Positions 37,540-50,422 of a stretch of DNA of 64,000 nt are shown here, piece by piece (the first letter of the stretch is position 1; each line of letters opens with the position of its first letter). A program made the translations under genes and the position numbers. The notes below the pieces were generated by a model. That model did not search any database and was not told the origin of the DNA. It was given only the letters and a program-made list of their open reading frames with translations. The stretch is from contig MU055008.1 in the NCBI GenBank assembly GCA_013239625.1, positions 7,338,277 to 7,402,276 on the forward strand. The letters run 5' to 3'. This DNA comes from Lama guanicoe. Taxonomy: Eukaryota.

Positions 37540-38670
37540 CAACCTAGACTAAAATTAATTCCAGATGGCTTAAAGAATTAAATATAAAACATGGAGCCAT
37601 TTAAAAAAAAAAAACAACTTCAAAGGTGCAGCGGGTTAGAGGATGATCCCACAGATGAATTTCCCAAACATAAAAACAAGAGCAGGAGTCACAAAGAAAG
37701 GCTTGCTGGCTATGAATACATAAAGACGCAAAGCTTCTCCACACCAGAAAACCACCCTAAAAAGTTAAAAGGCAAATCACAAAATATTTGTAACATATAC
37801 AACAGGGTTAATAATTATTAATACTTTTAAAATTCTTACAAAACAAAAGAAAATAAGAAAGTGGAAAAAATTACCAAAGTGGGTAAGAAATGCAAATATA
37901 TATATATATATTTCATAGAAGAAATACAAATGGAGACTATACATACAAAATGGTAAAAAAAAATAGCTGGAAATCAAATAAATACCATTTAAACCAACAA
38001 CAAAATAACATTTGACTTATCAAAATCACACAAATTTTGAAAATTCTGTCATTCTGAGGATGTGATTTTGATCACATGAGTATATTGCCATAAATTAGTG
38101 CAACTTTTTGGGAAAAGCAACTAGAAGTATGTATAAAAGATTTTAAATACATGCCTACTCTTAGAAAGGCAATTCTTTCTTTTGGAATCTATTCTAAGGA
38201 AACAATAAGAGACATAAGACATGGACGAAGACTTACATTTTAAAATATTTCCTGCAGCATTATTTATAACATCGGGAAATTGGAAAAAGCCCAAATGTCC
38301 ATCAGCTGGATATTCATTTGAAAAAGGTACATCCGTGTGATGTAGTATCAACTACGACACTCATATGACACTCATAACGCAATGCTAAATGAATAAAACT
38401 ATACCACGTTATATTCAAATATAATCCCAGTTGTGGAGTGTCTCTTTCTTCTCCATCATGTCTTTGTTTCTGGCTCTGTCTCTCTGTCTCTCTCTGTGTC
38501 TCTCCATTTCTCTGTCTGATACACACACACACAAACACATACACACACAAGTACAACAAAATTAACCAAAACATTAATAGAGGTTATCTCTGAAGGGTGA
38601 GTGAATTAATAATTTTTTGTACTTTCTAAACAAATATGTAATATGTCTGTGATCAGAAAAACCCCACATG
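37540..38670 (+). mobile_element. Old L1ME ORF2/3' UTR with internal TC/CA simple repeats
   Basis: AAAATTAATTCCAGATGGCTTAAAGAATTAAAT..GCAGCATTATTTATAA..CCAAATGTCCATCA. Confidence 0.8.
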
Positions 38671-38967
38671 CATATTATAAATTATGCAGTGAGACTGAGC
38701 CCCGTCTCGTAACAGAGGGGTGACGGCGCAGGCTTTGCTAGCTGATTGAGTGCACACTTACACAATCATGGCCATGGCCACCCAGATCCCAGAGCCATGG
38801 CTGGGGTATTTCAATAGACCACAGAAAATGATGGCAACGTAGGATTCTGGTAAATTCTTCCACTTTTGTGGTAAATTCTCCCCTGAGAGTTACCCAACGT
38901 GGACTCGCCTCTCTGACTCCTAAAAATGATCAGAGGAATTGCCTCAGGCTTAGGGAGCAACAGTTTA

Positions 38968-39145
38968 GAGCAGCCACCAGCACACTCTGGCCCAAGGGCC
39001 AAATCCAGCCCACCTCCTGTTTTGTACAGCCACAAGCTACGAACAGTTTTTATATTTTTCAATGATTATTTAAGTACCTACATAACATCTTCGATTTCAC
39101 CTCTTGGACCACAAAGCCTAAATTATTTACCAGCTGGCTCTTCCC
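38968..39145 (+). mobile_element. MER58-family hAT-Charlie element
   Basis: TGGCCCAAGGGCCAAATCCAGCCCACCTCCTGTTTTGTA..CACAAAGCCTAAATTATTTAC. Confidence 0.75.
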
Positions 39146-39189
39146 CACTTGGTATTTGACTTATTTGCAGTTGGAGCTTATGTACATGT

Positions 39190-39830
39190 TAGTCAAATAC
39201 TAGCAGCAATTTTCAAAAAGTAGTGCCTTTTTTGAAAACTAACAAGAGTGATATTACCTGTGGTTTGGGAGAACACACACGCAGGGACTACTCTGGTACT
39301 ACTGGGGAGGGTGGACATTTATAATCTCGTTCTTTACTATAATTTGAAATCACATATTGCAAAGCCTTTACTAATGCAAACTTATTCAGTTAGCAATTCC
39401 ACTTTTTGGAATTTATTCTAAGAAATATTATATATGCGCACAAAGATCTTGCTACACAGGTGTTCACTGAAACATTCACCATGTAATTGAAAAATTGCAA
39501 CCAGCCTCAATGTCCAGCAATCAGAAATTTGTTGGATATCCATGGATGTTATATTATGTGGCCCTAAGACATACATTGTTGATAGACATGAACAGATGTT
39601 CATGATATGGTGTAGAGTTAAACAAAATAGATTATGACAATTACACAGTATGAGCCCACTTTTTATGATTATTAGCGTGCATATAAAATTCCCTAGAAAA
39701 ATAAAAACAAAAATGCCAACAATGGTTATCTCTGTGTGATGGGATTGTGGAAAGTTTTTATTTTCTCCTTTTTTGCTTATCTGGACTTCAGGATTTTTAT
39801 ACAAAGAACATACAGTATTTATGCCTCTGC
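39190..39830 (+). mobile_element. Old L1ME 3' fragment
   Basis: AGCAATTCCACTTTTTGGAATTTATTCTAAG..CAATGGTTATCTCTG. Confidence 0.75.
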
Positions 39831-42092
39831 TCCCTTCCTACCCCTGCACCCTGACAAAGTAGACCAAAAGCCGATAAACATACAGTCTTGCTGACATGTC
39901 TTCTGATATCTTACAGAAGTGTCATACAAATAGCATTTGGAATTAATTTTCCTCTTGTTGAAGTGAAGGATCTAATTTTATCCCTCTCCTCCCCACCCAA
40001 GGCTAATCAACTGATCTGGCTCTATTGACTTATTCTTTGCAAATGTTTACTCTGCATGACTTCCTCTCATTTTATATATAATCTTAACTGTACCAAGAAG
40101 CTCCATGCTTCTGTGTCTTTGGCTGCAAAATATTATACCCAAAATTTAGTGGCTTAAAGAGTCACCATTTTATTATATGCTCAAGATGTTACCAATTGTT
40201 TAGCGTCTGATGGGGAAGAGCTTGTCTCTGCTCCGAATGGCAGTAACTTAGTAGCTGGAGCAGCTAAGGCTGGCGGAACTGTTTCAGCTGGGATCGTATG
40301 TCTGGGGCCTTGGCTATCACTGTGGGGTGTGTTCCCTATTCTCCACTTTATCCTTTAAAGCAGGTCTAGGCCAGCCCAGATTCAAGGTGAGGGAGTCCTG
40401 GGATAGTCTGGTATTCACTGGAGGCCACCAAAGAAACAATTTCCCACACTCAGCATTGACAGGAATATTTCAGCAATTTATCTGGAAATATACTCTGGTT
40501 GATTACTAATATAATTTATATTTCCCTATATAGGAATTCTGAAATTCACTAATACCTGTGAAAGAATGGTTCCCTATATATATATTAGTACTAATTTGCA
40601 CTTCTCATTTGACATAGTGTGTATTTGATTGGTTTTTAAACTGACTACTTTTATATATGCCACTCAACAAGATAACTGTTCTTCAGATACCAACATCTAC
40701 TTGTCATTCCCTTAATAGCCGCTCATAGCATCAATAAATTTGAGCTCAATACTGCTTTGGCTCCAGACTTCTTTTTGGTGAGATTCAAGTTAGGCTAAGT
40801 ATTTTGGATACAAATTCCCAAAACATTTCCACCCAGATGAGCGTTTATCAGATTGTCAGGAAGGACTAAAAGAGGCTAGAGACGTTCAGCTGAAGTGACT
40901 CTGGTTATAGCGAACAGGGAGAGTGTTGCCCGGTGGGTGGAGGGGAGTGTGAAGACCTGGAAGGTCAGCAGTGAATTATTTTGACCTCCCCGTCCCTCTG
41001 CCCCCACCCCATCCACCTACTCCGTCTCCCCCAGGACCAGAATCTTGCTTCAGCTTTCTCTGCTCTCTTCTGTATTTTCAACTTCTCCTTGTCTTCTGGT
41101 TCATTGCTAAAATATTATAAAATTCAGGTCCATCTCAGATTAAGACAGTACCAGCAACACACACTGAATGTCCCTCAGGTCCTTGTACCCCGCCCATAAC
41201 TACTGCCATAGCTTTCTTCTTTTCTGGTACCTAACCCCCGACAGAAGAGCCTGCACTCACTGTCTGCCCTTGCCCAACTCCAGCCCTCACCTCACCTCCG
41301 CTTTCCCCTGAGAGGTCCAGACAAACTCACCCATGACCACAACTACCAAATGCCTCATACAATCTCTTCAACTCTGTGGCTGAGCTTCTCCACAGCACAG
41401 GACACTTCGATGCTTCAGTCTCTTCTTGGAGCATTCTTTTCCTTGGCTTAGTTCTTAGAGCATCTTGAGTCTCTTTCCATCTCTCAGACCAGCCTCCTTC
41501 GCAGACTCCTTTTTCTTTGCCCACACCTTCAATGTTGATGTGCCCCCAAAAGGCTATCTTTGACCATCTTTCTCTTCTCTCAAGTTTATTCCAGGCAGGA
41601 GAGTCTTAACCTTGAGCCCAGGACTTCATTATGATTCTGGAACCAGGAACCCTATGAAGATTTTGGAGGGTGCTGTTTTTCAGGTAGGAAGGCCAGAGCT
41701 TTTAGTAGGTTCCCCAAGAGTGCTGTGATCCATAAAAGAGGAAAACCCATTGTCTGAGGCCGTTCCACCTGCTGTCCTGACTTCATCGACCCTCCACAGG
41801 CTGAAGATTTGTGAATCTTCATCTCTGGCCCCTAGATCTTTCTTAAGCTCCACTCTTATGTATCTGACCAAATGTCCTACAGTTACTCCCATGTGTCTCG
41901 TAGCAAACTCAATATGTCCAAAACCCAATTCATTATCTTCCCCTTTTTCCTTCTTACCAAAGCTCCCAAGCTAGAAATTTATCTCCTTCCCTGTCCCCAT
42001 ATTCAGTTGGTGGCCAAGCTCATTAATTCCACTCTTTTTACATCATTTCTAGGCCTCTTTCTACCATCTCCACCTTAGTGCCTTGGTTTAAG

Positions 42093-42430
42093 TCAGGAGT
42101 TGATGTAGTTTTTCTATAAGGAGCCAAATAGTAAACATTTTAGCTTTGTGGGCCGTTTAGTCTCCGTCACCACTGCCCAACTCTGTCACTGCAGCTCAAA
42201 AGGAGTCCCAGATAACAGATAAATAAATAAGTGTGCTGTGTTCCAACAGAGCTACTTGTGGACACTGAAGTTGGAATTTTATGTAATTTTTACATGTGAC
42301 AATATATTATTCATCTTTTGATTTTTCTCAACCATTTAAAAATGTAAAATCCATTCTTAGCTCTTGGGCCATACAAAAACAGATGGCAAGCCAGATTTGG
42401 ACCATGGGCCGTAGTTTGTTGCCTCCTCGC
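42093..42430 (-). mobile_element. MER58B hAT MITE
   Basis: AATAGTAAACATTTTAGCTTTGTGGGCC..CAACCATTTAAAAATGTAAAA..GGGCCGTAGTTTG. Confidence 0.9.
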
Positions 42431-42595
42431 TTAGGACGTCGCATCTCTTTCTGGAAACAATCCTTCTTCCTCCAGGATTTCCCCCATCAGTCTGCTTCCC
42501 ACGGGGCTCCTGCAGAGATCGTCCAAAGAAGGAGGCTGTGAGCACCACTCTCCAGCTTAAAACCCTCCAACAGCCCCCCCCCATTCACGTAAGAG

Positions 42596-42797
42596 TAGGG
42601 TTTCTCAACCTTGGCACTATTGGTATTTGGGGCTGGGTAATTCTTTGTTGGGGGATGAGGGGCTGTCCCATGCATTTAGATGTTCAGCAGTAACCCTAGC
42701 CTCTACCCAGGAGACGCCGGTAGCATCCTTACCTCCCTGGTGATGACAATCAAGAATGTCTTCAGATATTGCAAGATGACCCTGGTTGAGAACCCGG
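42596..42797 (+). mobile_element. MER20 hAT MITE
   Basis: TTTCTCAACCTTGGCACTATTGGTATTTGGGGCTGGGTAATTCTTTGTTG..CCTGGTTGAGAAC. Confidence 0.9.
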
Positions 42798-44617
42798 GCC
42801 CTGGGAGTAAAGCCCGGGATCCCTGCAGCGCACACAAGGTCCTCCCAGACTTGACCCTGCCCCCACTCCCCATGGCCCCTCACACTCCCCATGCTCTAGC
42901 CACGCCGAGCCAGGCACCCCAGACTTTCCCCACCCCCGTGCCCTCCTGCCTAATGGGGAAATGCCCCCTCATGTTTCAACATTCAGTGCAGCCCTGTCTT
43001 GTGCATCTGTGCGGCGTGGGGAGATTTGAGCTATCCCTCCATCATGTCCTCATGGCCACCCCTACGTACTCCCATCAAAGCCCCTAAAATGCCCTCCAGT
43101 CCTGGTTTTCATGTTTGTCTCCCATCTTAGCTTGTAAGCCCCTTGAGAGCTTGGATTGTGCCTGATCTGTAGCCTCGGCGCCTGGTTGAATGCACACACA
43201 GGTAAACTGAGGCTCAGGCACTCAGCGTCTGTAATGGTAGAGCCCAAGGTCAAGAACTTTCACGCTGGAGCAGAGGCAGCAGACCAGTCTGTCCTAACCC
43301 CAAGCCATCTACCCACACTCATGCCACGTAGGCCCCGAAGCCTCGGCTGTTGGTTTCGGCAGTTGAAGACTTGACTCTTACCAATAAATGGGAACCATTT
43401 AAGGTGAAAAGGACAAACAGGGGAAGGCAGTTTAGACACGTGTTGCTGCGCCCATGACCATCGACCCCTATTAAAGCTCTGGGACTCACTTGCCAGTGGG
43501 TGAAGGCAGACCGGCTTACACTGTGTGACCAGCCTCTGCACAGATCTTGACCAAGGTGACCTAGAGGCTGACCCAAGGCCGGGTGAGCCGAGGCAAGTAG
43601 GAATTAAACGCAAGCTGCACCCAGATCCCAGCAACCCGGATCCTCGCACGTCACAGAGGATTTTTCTAGCCGCTGCCAGCTGAGAAAAATGACTATAATT
43701 AACTCATGCTAAAGAATAATATTATGACACATGATTTTTGCAGCAGGCTCTTGAGCATCCCAGAGCCACCGACAGCCACACTGCTTGAGACAGCCGGTTA
43801 CTGTCTGAGATGAGGCACTCAGAAGCAGTTTTAGAAAAGCATTCACAGGACCATAAAGCATCTGGTTTTGATTTCGGAAACTCAAACCATAATAAGGCCT
43901 GGGAATGGCCCCGAGGATTATAAAACAAAGGCAAGAAGGTGACAAGTAGCCTGGACCCCGTGAAGGCTGGGGGACCTCCTGTTTGTGCTCTAAGGAGAAG
44001 CAGTGCCGTGGGCATAGGGAGGCGAGCTGGCAATCTGATTCTGCCCAACACCCCAAGCCTCCGGTTTTGACATGAAGGATGGGGTACGAGTGTTCGGACA
44101 TCTGGACCTCATTCAGGAAGCTTCCTTTGCCTGAGTCAGACCCCCTGCTTCCTCCTGCACATCCTTCCCACGGGTACCAACCACCACCAGTCTGTGCCCG
44201 GGCAGGAAGCAGGGAAGTCAGGGCACCTGCTCCTTCCCCCAGACCCCCACTTTGGAGCATCCAGGAGGAGGGGCTGGGGCGAGGGGAGCAGACCTCGAGG
44301 CCTGGCAGCTGGAGGGCAGCCTGCGACCACCCCTCCAACCATCCATCTTTCAGAGGAGGCCTCCGAGGACCGAGACGGACAGAGCCACCTGCCAGACTGT
44401 GACTGAGGGGGCTCTAAGGCCCAGCCCTAGAGGATGCGTCCCTTAAATGGCGGGAGTTCCCCACAGGGCAGAACCACGCAGCCCTCGAGAGAACGAGGAC
44501 ACTCTTGAAGGGCTGAGGGGGCATCTTCAAGTCACACGGCCGAGCAGAAACAAAAAGCGAGATGCAGAACGTCACCTGGGTGAAGAAAGGACTGAATATA
44601 TGTATTTGCTTGGATGC

Positions 44618-45082
44618 TATCGTGGGTTGAATTGTATCCCCTCCAAAAGCTATGTCCAAGTCCTAACCCCCCAGGATCTGTGAATGTGACTTACTGGGAA
44701 ATAGAGTCTTTGCAGATGTTATCAAGTTAAGGATCCTGGGATGAGGTCTCCCTGGATTCAGGGTGGGTCCTAAATCTGACGATGAGTGCCCTTATAAGAG
44801 ACAGGAGAGGGAGATTTGAGACACGTAGAGAGAAGGCCACATGGAAAGGGAGGCAGAGATTGGAGTTACGTTGCCACAAACCAAAGAACACATGGGCTGA
44901 CCAGAAGCTGGAAGAGACAAAGAGAAATTCTTTCCTAGAGACTTCAGAGGGCGCCCAAATAGCCCTCTGACATCTTATATTTGAACGTCCAGCCTCCAGG
45001 ACTATAAGAAAATAAATTTGTATTGTTTTAAGCTATCAAATTTGTGGAAGTTTCTTATGGCAGCCCCGGGAAACAAAATTCA
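44618..45082 (+). mobile_element. MLT1C-like LTR with 5-bp TSD GATGC
   Basis: GATGC at 44613-44617 and 45083-45087; canonical MLT1 internal motifs. Confidence 0.92.
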
Positions 45083-45129
45083 GATGCTAACTGCAAAGGA
45101 TATTTTTGGAAGTTAATTTAGATTTTATT

Positions 45130-46860
45130 GAATAGAAGATCAATATAAAAAATCAACAATCAATAAATAATTAGAAAAGATTTAAACTCTACCATTTATA
45201 ATAGGATCAACTATGTTAAATGTCCTAGGAATAAATATAATGAAAGATATACAAGACCACTACACAGAAAAAAAGCAAAATATTATTAAGGAAAATAAAT
45301 GGCTTAATAAATGAAGGTATATATAAAGTTTATGGATTGGAAGCCTCCATAATATAAAGATATCAGTTCTCTCCAAATGGATTAATGCAATCATAATGTA
45401 GAGTCAATGCAACCACAATGAAAATCTAGGTTGATATTTGTGAAAATGGATAAGCCGATTCTAAAATGTGTGTGAGAGTCCAAAAGTTCAGGAACAGACA
45501 AGACAATCCAAGGGACAACAGCGACACTAGAACGCTTACCTTCCCCGGGAATCGAGCCTTATTACCAAGCTAGTCATTACCGTAGTGTGTTATTGACAAA
45601 AAGACAAAGAGACCAACGGAACACAATCAAGTTTTCAGGAACAGAGACACATACAAAGGAACACTTTTGTTTTTGATTTATAACAAAAGATATGTGCTGC
45701 AGAACAGAGGAGAAATGGGGGCTTTTCAATAAATGGTACGGGGTCAATTGGCTATCCAGAGGGAAAAATATTTCTCTGGCCAGCCCTCTCCCACCACACA
45801 CAGAAATCAATTCCAGAGCAGCTGAAGGTTTAAATGCGAACAGCAGAACAATAACAATTCTAGAAACACAATAGGGGGATGTCTTCATGACATCGGAGGA
45901 AGCAAAGATGTCTTCGAGGGACATAAAACAATAACCATAGTGGAAAATACTGATTTACTGGATTTCACCAAAATGGAGAACTTTTGTTCATCAAAAGACA
46001 CTATGAAGAGAGTGGAAAGGAAAAAACATAGAATGGGACCAGACAGCTGCCTTCTACTTAACTGACAAAGGACTTGTATCCAGACTATATACAGATCTCT
46101 ACTAATTTAGCAACAATAGCAAAAAACAACCCAGAGGAAATGATGAGTAAGAGGTTTGAATAGGCAGGCACCCCACAGACGAGGCTATCCAAGTGAGCAG
46201 CGAAAATCAAATCAAAAAAAAAAAAAAGTTTGTGGTCATTTGTTATGGCAACTCAGAGAAACTCACAAAGATGCCCAGAACATTTTGGAAATGCGTTTAG
46301 ATCTGAAGTTCCCTGTCACGGATCTACTGTGGATCAGGCCCTGCTGAGGCCACAGCCAAAACGATTTTTAGTTAGTTAAGAAAAATAAGTGAAAATACAT
46401 AAAAAGGTGCTCAGTCTCATTTGTCACCAGAAAAGTGCAGATTAAAGTTGACAGATAAACCACAGACACGCACCAGAAAAGTGAAAATGAGAAAGACTGA
46501 CCAAGTCATTTGGTGGCAAAGATACAGAGCAGGTGTAACACTTAGGCTGCTGAGCAGAAAGTAAACCTGCTCGTGGCCTTGGAGAACTTGGGCAGCATTG
46601 ACTGAAGTTGACTTCATGTGGAGGGAAAGAAGCCAGGCTTAAAAGAAGACAAAGAGAAAATTTTTAAACACAGACGCAGGCATGGGAAGGAGGCCTGTAA
46701 ACCCTGCTTAGCTTCCACCTCTTGAGCTGGACCGTGGCTTCATCCGTGTGTCCATCTGTGATAACTCACTGCATTGTACGTGTATGACATTTCTGTGTGT
46801 AAGGTACAGTTGCATGTAGGTATCTTAGCTAGCAATGAAAATTTTCTTTTAAAAAAACTT
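45130..46860 (+). mobile_element. Old L1M ORF2 to 3' UTR
   Basis: TATGGATTGGAAG..CTTTTCAATAAATGGT..GAACTTTTGTTCATCAAAAGACAC..ACTGACAAAGGACTTGTATCCAGA. Confidence 0.88.
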
Positions 46861-47949
46861 TAGAAAAGCTCACAGTGAACAATAACAACAAAAAAGGCCT
46901 GAAAAAACATTCCTGCTCAGGGAGGTGGAAATGAAAGGGCAGTGCGATTTTTAAAAAGAAAAATTCTTTTGTCCCCTTTTCCCTCTTGCTGCACACCTTT
47001 AGGGAGCAGAAACACCTTCCATGGCAGGGGGGTGAGAGAGAAGGAAAAAAATGGGGAGAGAAAAGGAGCAAGAAGTATTGGAATCAGGAAAAAAACAAAA
47101 AACAAAAAACCTGCTTGACACTTCAAATCCCAGCCGTTTGGCTACCCAGCAGCATTTTAAAAACTACAAATGTTCCTGGCCGTCAGCCCCTCGAGGTGTA
47201 GAATGGGTCCAATGGTTAAGTTTCATCTTTTAGGCCCCGCAGATAAGTATTCAGGAATGAGGCTACTGGAGTGGAAGAAAGAGAAGAAACTGTGACTTGT
47301 AAATCGACCCGGGGTGGGGAGAGGTCAGGCTTAAATGGCTGATCATTAGAAGCCAGCCTAAGGGCAGCGTAGAAGTCCCAGGCACACAGGGGATGAGGGA
47401 AAAGAGATGTTCAAGAGCTTGGAAAAGAGAACCCGCCAGCCTTCCAGTAACACCAAGGGTCCACTCACCTGTGAGCGTGTGTCTCACTCTTCCTGACCGC
47501 TGGTGAATGAGCTTCATTCAAATCCCGCCTGGGCTGGCGGTGCCCCATCTGCAGGTGACCAGCTCTGCCTCAAAGAGCAGTTTAACCTCCAGGCTCAGCC
47601 CTGCCCAACCCTTGAGAGCCTGAGGGAGGACTACTGAAAAAGCTGGGATACCAAGGCTGAGCGAATCATGGTGGCCTGGGGCCCCCAGCAGCTTCCCCGT
47701 GGCCCCCTTTTACCTCCGGCAGACTTGCCTGAGCACCCTGAGTGCCCAGCCTGCCCTCTGCCGTCACCCTCTGCTCAGCCAGCCCAGGCCAGGCTCGCTG
47801 CACCTCCTTCATCCCCATCCCCATCAGCTGGATCCCCACGCACCTATCTCTCCACGGATGGCCTGTTTGGTTTCCAGGTCTGGCTCACCCGCCACCCCGG
47901 AGCGCCATTCAGTCAAGGGGGAAACTGCTGCTGCTGCTGCTGCTGTAAC

Positions 47950-48150
47950 TGTGTGCTTAGGTTCTGCTCCGTGCCAGGAATTGTTCTGAGTACTTTACCA
48001 TCTAAAGCGCTTTGTCATCATGTGACCTCATGCCAACAACAGGTACTATTTATTGGCATTTTTATTCTACAGATGAGAAACTGATGCCAGAGCAGTTAAG
48101 AGACTGGGCCAAGGGCACACAGCTGACATGTGATTGTACCAAGACTTAGG
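47950..48150 (-). mobile_element. MIR SINE
   Basis: ATTCTACAGATGAGAAACTGA..GCAGTTAAGAGACTGGGCCAAGGGCACACAGCT. Confidence 0.85.
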
Positions 48151-49299
48151 CACGCTATGCTGAGTCAGGCAAAGAGGAGGCTAGGTCCAGCCACAAAATG
48201 ACACCCTCAGGATGGGAGCGATCATGTAGAGCAAGAGGGCGAGAGGCTCCCGCAGGTGAGGCTGGTGTGAGGCTTCCACTCCGGCCACCACTGCCTGCCG
48301 ACGGGAGCATAGCCTCTCCGCACCAGGCCGGGGCTCCAGCGCCAAGCAGGGCAAGGAAACAGCCTCAGCCCTGCGTGCCGGGCTCTGAAGCTGCTGCCCA
48401 GGAGGGCTCTGTCATGGGTCAGGTCCCTGCAGAGGGTGGAGCAGCTCAGCTACAGCTTCAGAACAAGACTGTGACCTTCCCACCCCTTCCTCCTCTTCCC
48501 GGTTCTCCACCATCACCGCCTTCTGCTTCGTTTTAATTGTCTAACCCTGCTCCTCACTGGAATATTAGCTCTGTGGGTCCACAGTCCTCGCTGGGTGGTT
48601 TTCCCATCGCTGCATCCCAGGCACCTACGACAGTGCTGAAAGCATCAGAGAAGCTCAATAGACGCTTATGAAAGAAACATACGCGATGGATGCGAAGAAA
48701 TGCAACAAAATACATGCACGCTTTAGATCAAGTAGACTCAACTCTGCCGGTCAGTCTCCAGATTCCTCCATGCCCTTTTCTGGGCTGCTTTGTGCCGGGA
48801 GGCTGACTCCGCTGCCTGCACTACCCAGGCCCTCTGGGACGCTGGTGGCTGTTGCTCCTGCAGCCCGTGGAGCAGGGGAGGGGAGAGAGTGGGCAGCACT
48901 CCTCGTCCCCTCAGCCGCTCCTCACTGGGCCCAGATGACACCACCTTCTTCCTCCTCCCTCCAGGCCCAGGGGTGGGGACAGCTTCCCCTCTGGTTAGCA
49001 CCTGGGGCCCCCCTCCCATCCTTGGTCCTTCCCTTATCCCTGCCCGGCTCAGGTATTGAGCCTTCATCACAGTCTCTTTATCTACACCATTCGGGATGAA
49101 GTGTTTCTTGCTGGAATCCTGTCTGATAACCCAGGCAACTCTCCTTTTCTACGAATATGAGTTAAGTATCTTTTGTGTGGAAACAAATTATGTGAGCATA
49201 ATTTTTCTTTCTTTAAAAACATTTAAAAATTTTGGCAACACTATTTTTACATTATTCTCTATGATTGACTTAACAACTACGTGTGCCTTGTTTCTACAT

Positions 49300-49324
49300 T
49301 GTGTGTGTGTGTGTGTGTGTGTGT
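49300..49324. repeat. (GT)n microsatellite
   Basis: Seen directly. Confidence 0.95.
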
Positions 49325-50422
49325 TACATCAAGAGAGAACTTTTATTATAACTGCAAAATTTAGAACCCTCTAAGGAACAAACAATATCTTAAACAAAAC
49401 AGAAAAGGTTTAAAAATTTACCTTGCAAAAAAAATGGCAGCAAAATTTTAACTCCTCGAGATTAGTCTACAACTTTAGGACTAATTTATTAAAATTATTA
49501 AAAAGTTTGAATGGAGTGTTGTTGCTGTTTAGGGTTTTTTTCCCAATTGTTTTTTTAAAAAATCAATCAAAATTTGTTCAGTTAAATGTTACTTGTACAG
49601 AATTCTAATAACAGCTCATACAAAAATCGTCTCTATTATTAAAATCATCTCTGTTTCCATGTTAGTTGAACTTCAGTGAAGGACAAAGTAATAGTGAACA
49701 TTTTATTTAAGTAAAAATACTACAGTAGTACTTAACTAATTCTACAGGGTCCGATGTGAAAATAATGCATTCATAAGAATTATGTTAAAAATAATTTGAG
49801 ACAAAGAATTCATAAAAATTGTATAAAATTAAGCTTTATTTTAAAATAGTATCTTAAGATTATAATGCTGTATCTACTTAAATAAGAGCAACTGTAGCAT
49901 CAAAAAACAGCAGCTAAACTAGAGTCACATCAAGGTTGCTTGAAAGAGGAAACATGAGGATGTTGTGCTGCGGTTCTGAGTGTTCAGGACTCGGCCGCTG
50001 TGGACGATGAGTGAAGCCTGCAGGTGACCCCAGATCCCTGAGCCCTCACGGCGGGGCCCTAACCCTCCAATTCCCTGGGGGCCCAGGGGTCCAGGAAGCG
50101 CCCTCGCTTGCCCGCAGCTGTGGGCTGCAGGTGGAGCAGCTGGAGCACAAGGACCCTTGGGAAAAGGCTGGAACTTGGACCCCATCCGGCCAACATCTGC
50201 CACTTGTGGTCATTGTCAGGTCCTCCAGCTTTCTCCCCATCGCCACAGCCGCCATCCGGCACGCTGGGCTCTTTTCTCGTGGATACAGATCTTCTGACGG
50301 GAGGAAGTGGTTCTCTCCAGTTCTTTGCCCAAGTCCTCGGCCATCTTCTTATAGAGGTCACAGTCCTGATCTGCGGCTTTCACTTTTTTGCCCAGGCTGC
50401 TAAGGTTCTCCTCCATTTCTAG
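49325..50422 (-). pseudogene. Processed, 5'-truncated MIA2/cTAGE5-family pseudogene (coiled-coil 2 end, short proline-rich region, 3' UTR)
   Basis: Frames join as EENLSSLGKKVKAADQDCDLYKKMAEDLGKELERTTSSRQKICIHEKRAQ / MAAVAMGRKLEDL / NDHKWQMLA / SKFQPFPKGPCAP, matching recalled cTAGE5 '[89 protein letters not shown]'; PEHSEPQH at 49988-49965 matches the cTAGE5 terminus; several frameshifts, no introns, AATAAA at 49347-49342. Confidence 0.85.

Larger units (their letters stand above)
41040..43190 (+). mobile_element. Long L2 LINE remnant interrupted by three hAT MITEs
   Basis: Pyrimidine-rich L2 ORF2/3' motifs (AATGTTGATGTGCCCC, CAAACTCAATATGTCCAAAACC, CTCTCCAGCTTAAAACCCTCCAA). Confidence 0.75.

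Noticed and set aside
43709-44338. 209-aa minus-strand ORF
   Set aside because: Low-complexity G/P/S/L composition, no recognisable family and no exon structure
47935-47945. (CTG)n run giving poly-Cys/Ala/Leu ORFs
   Set aside because: Short simple repeat at the end of a MIR; not coding
50216-50416. Functional MIA2/CTAGE exon
   Set aside because: Homology needs several frameshifts, is 5'-truncated and intronless, so it is a pseudogene
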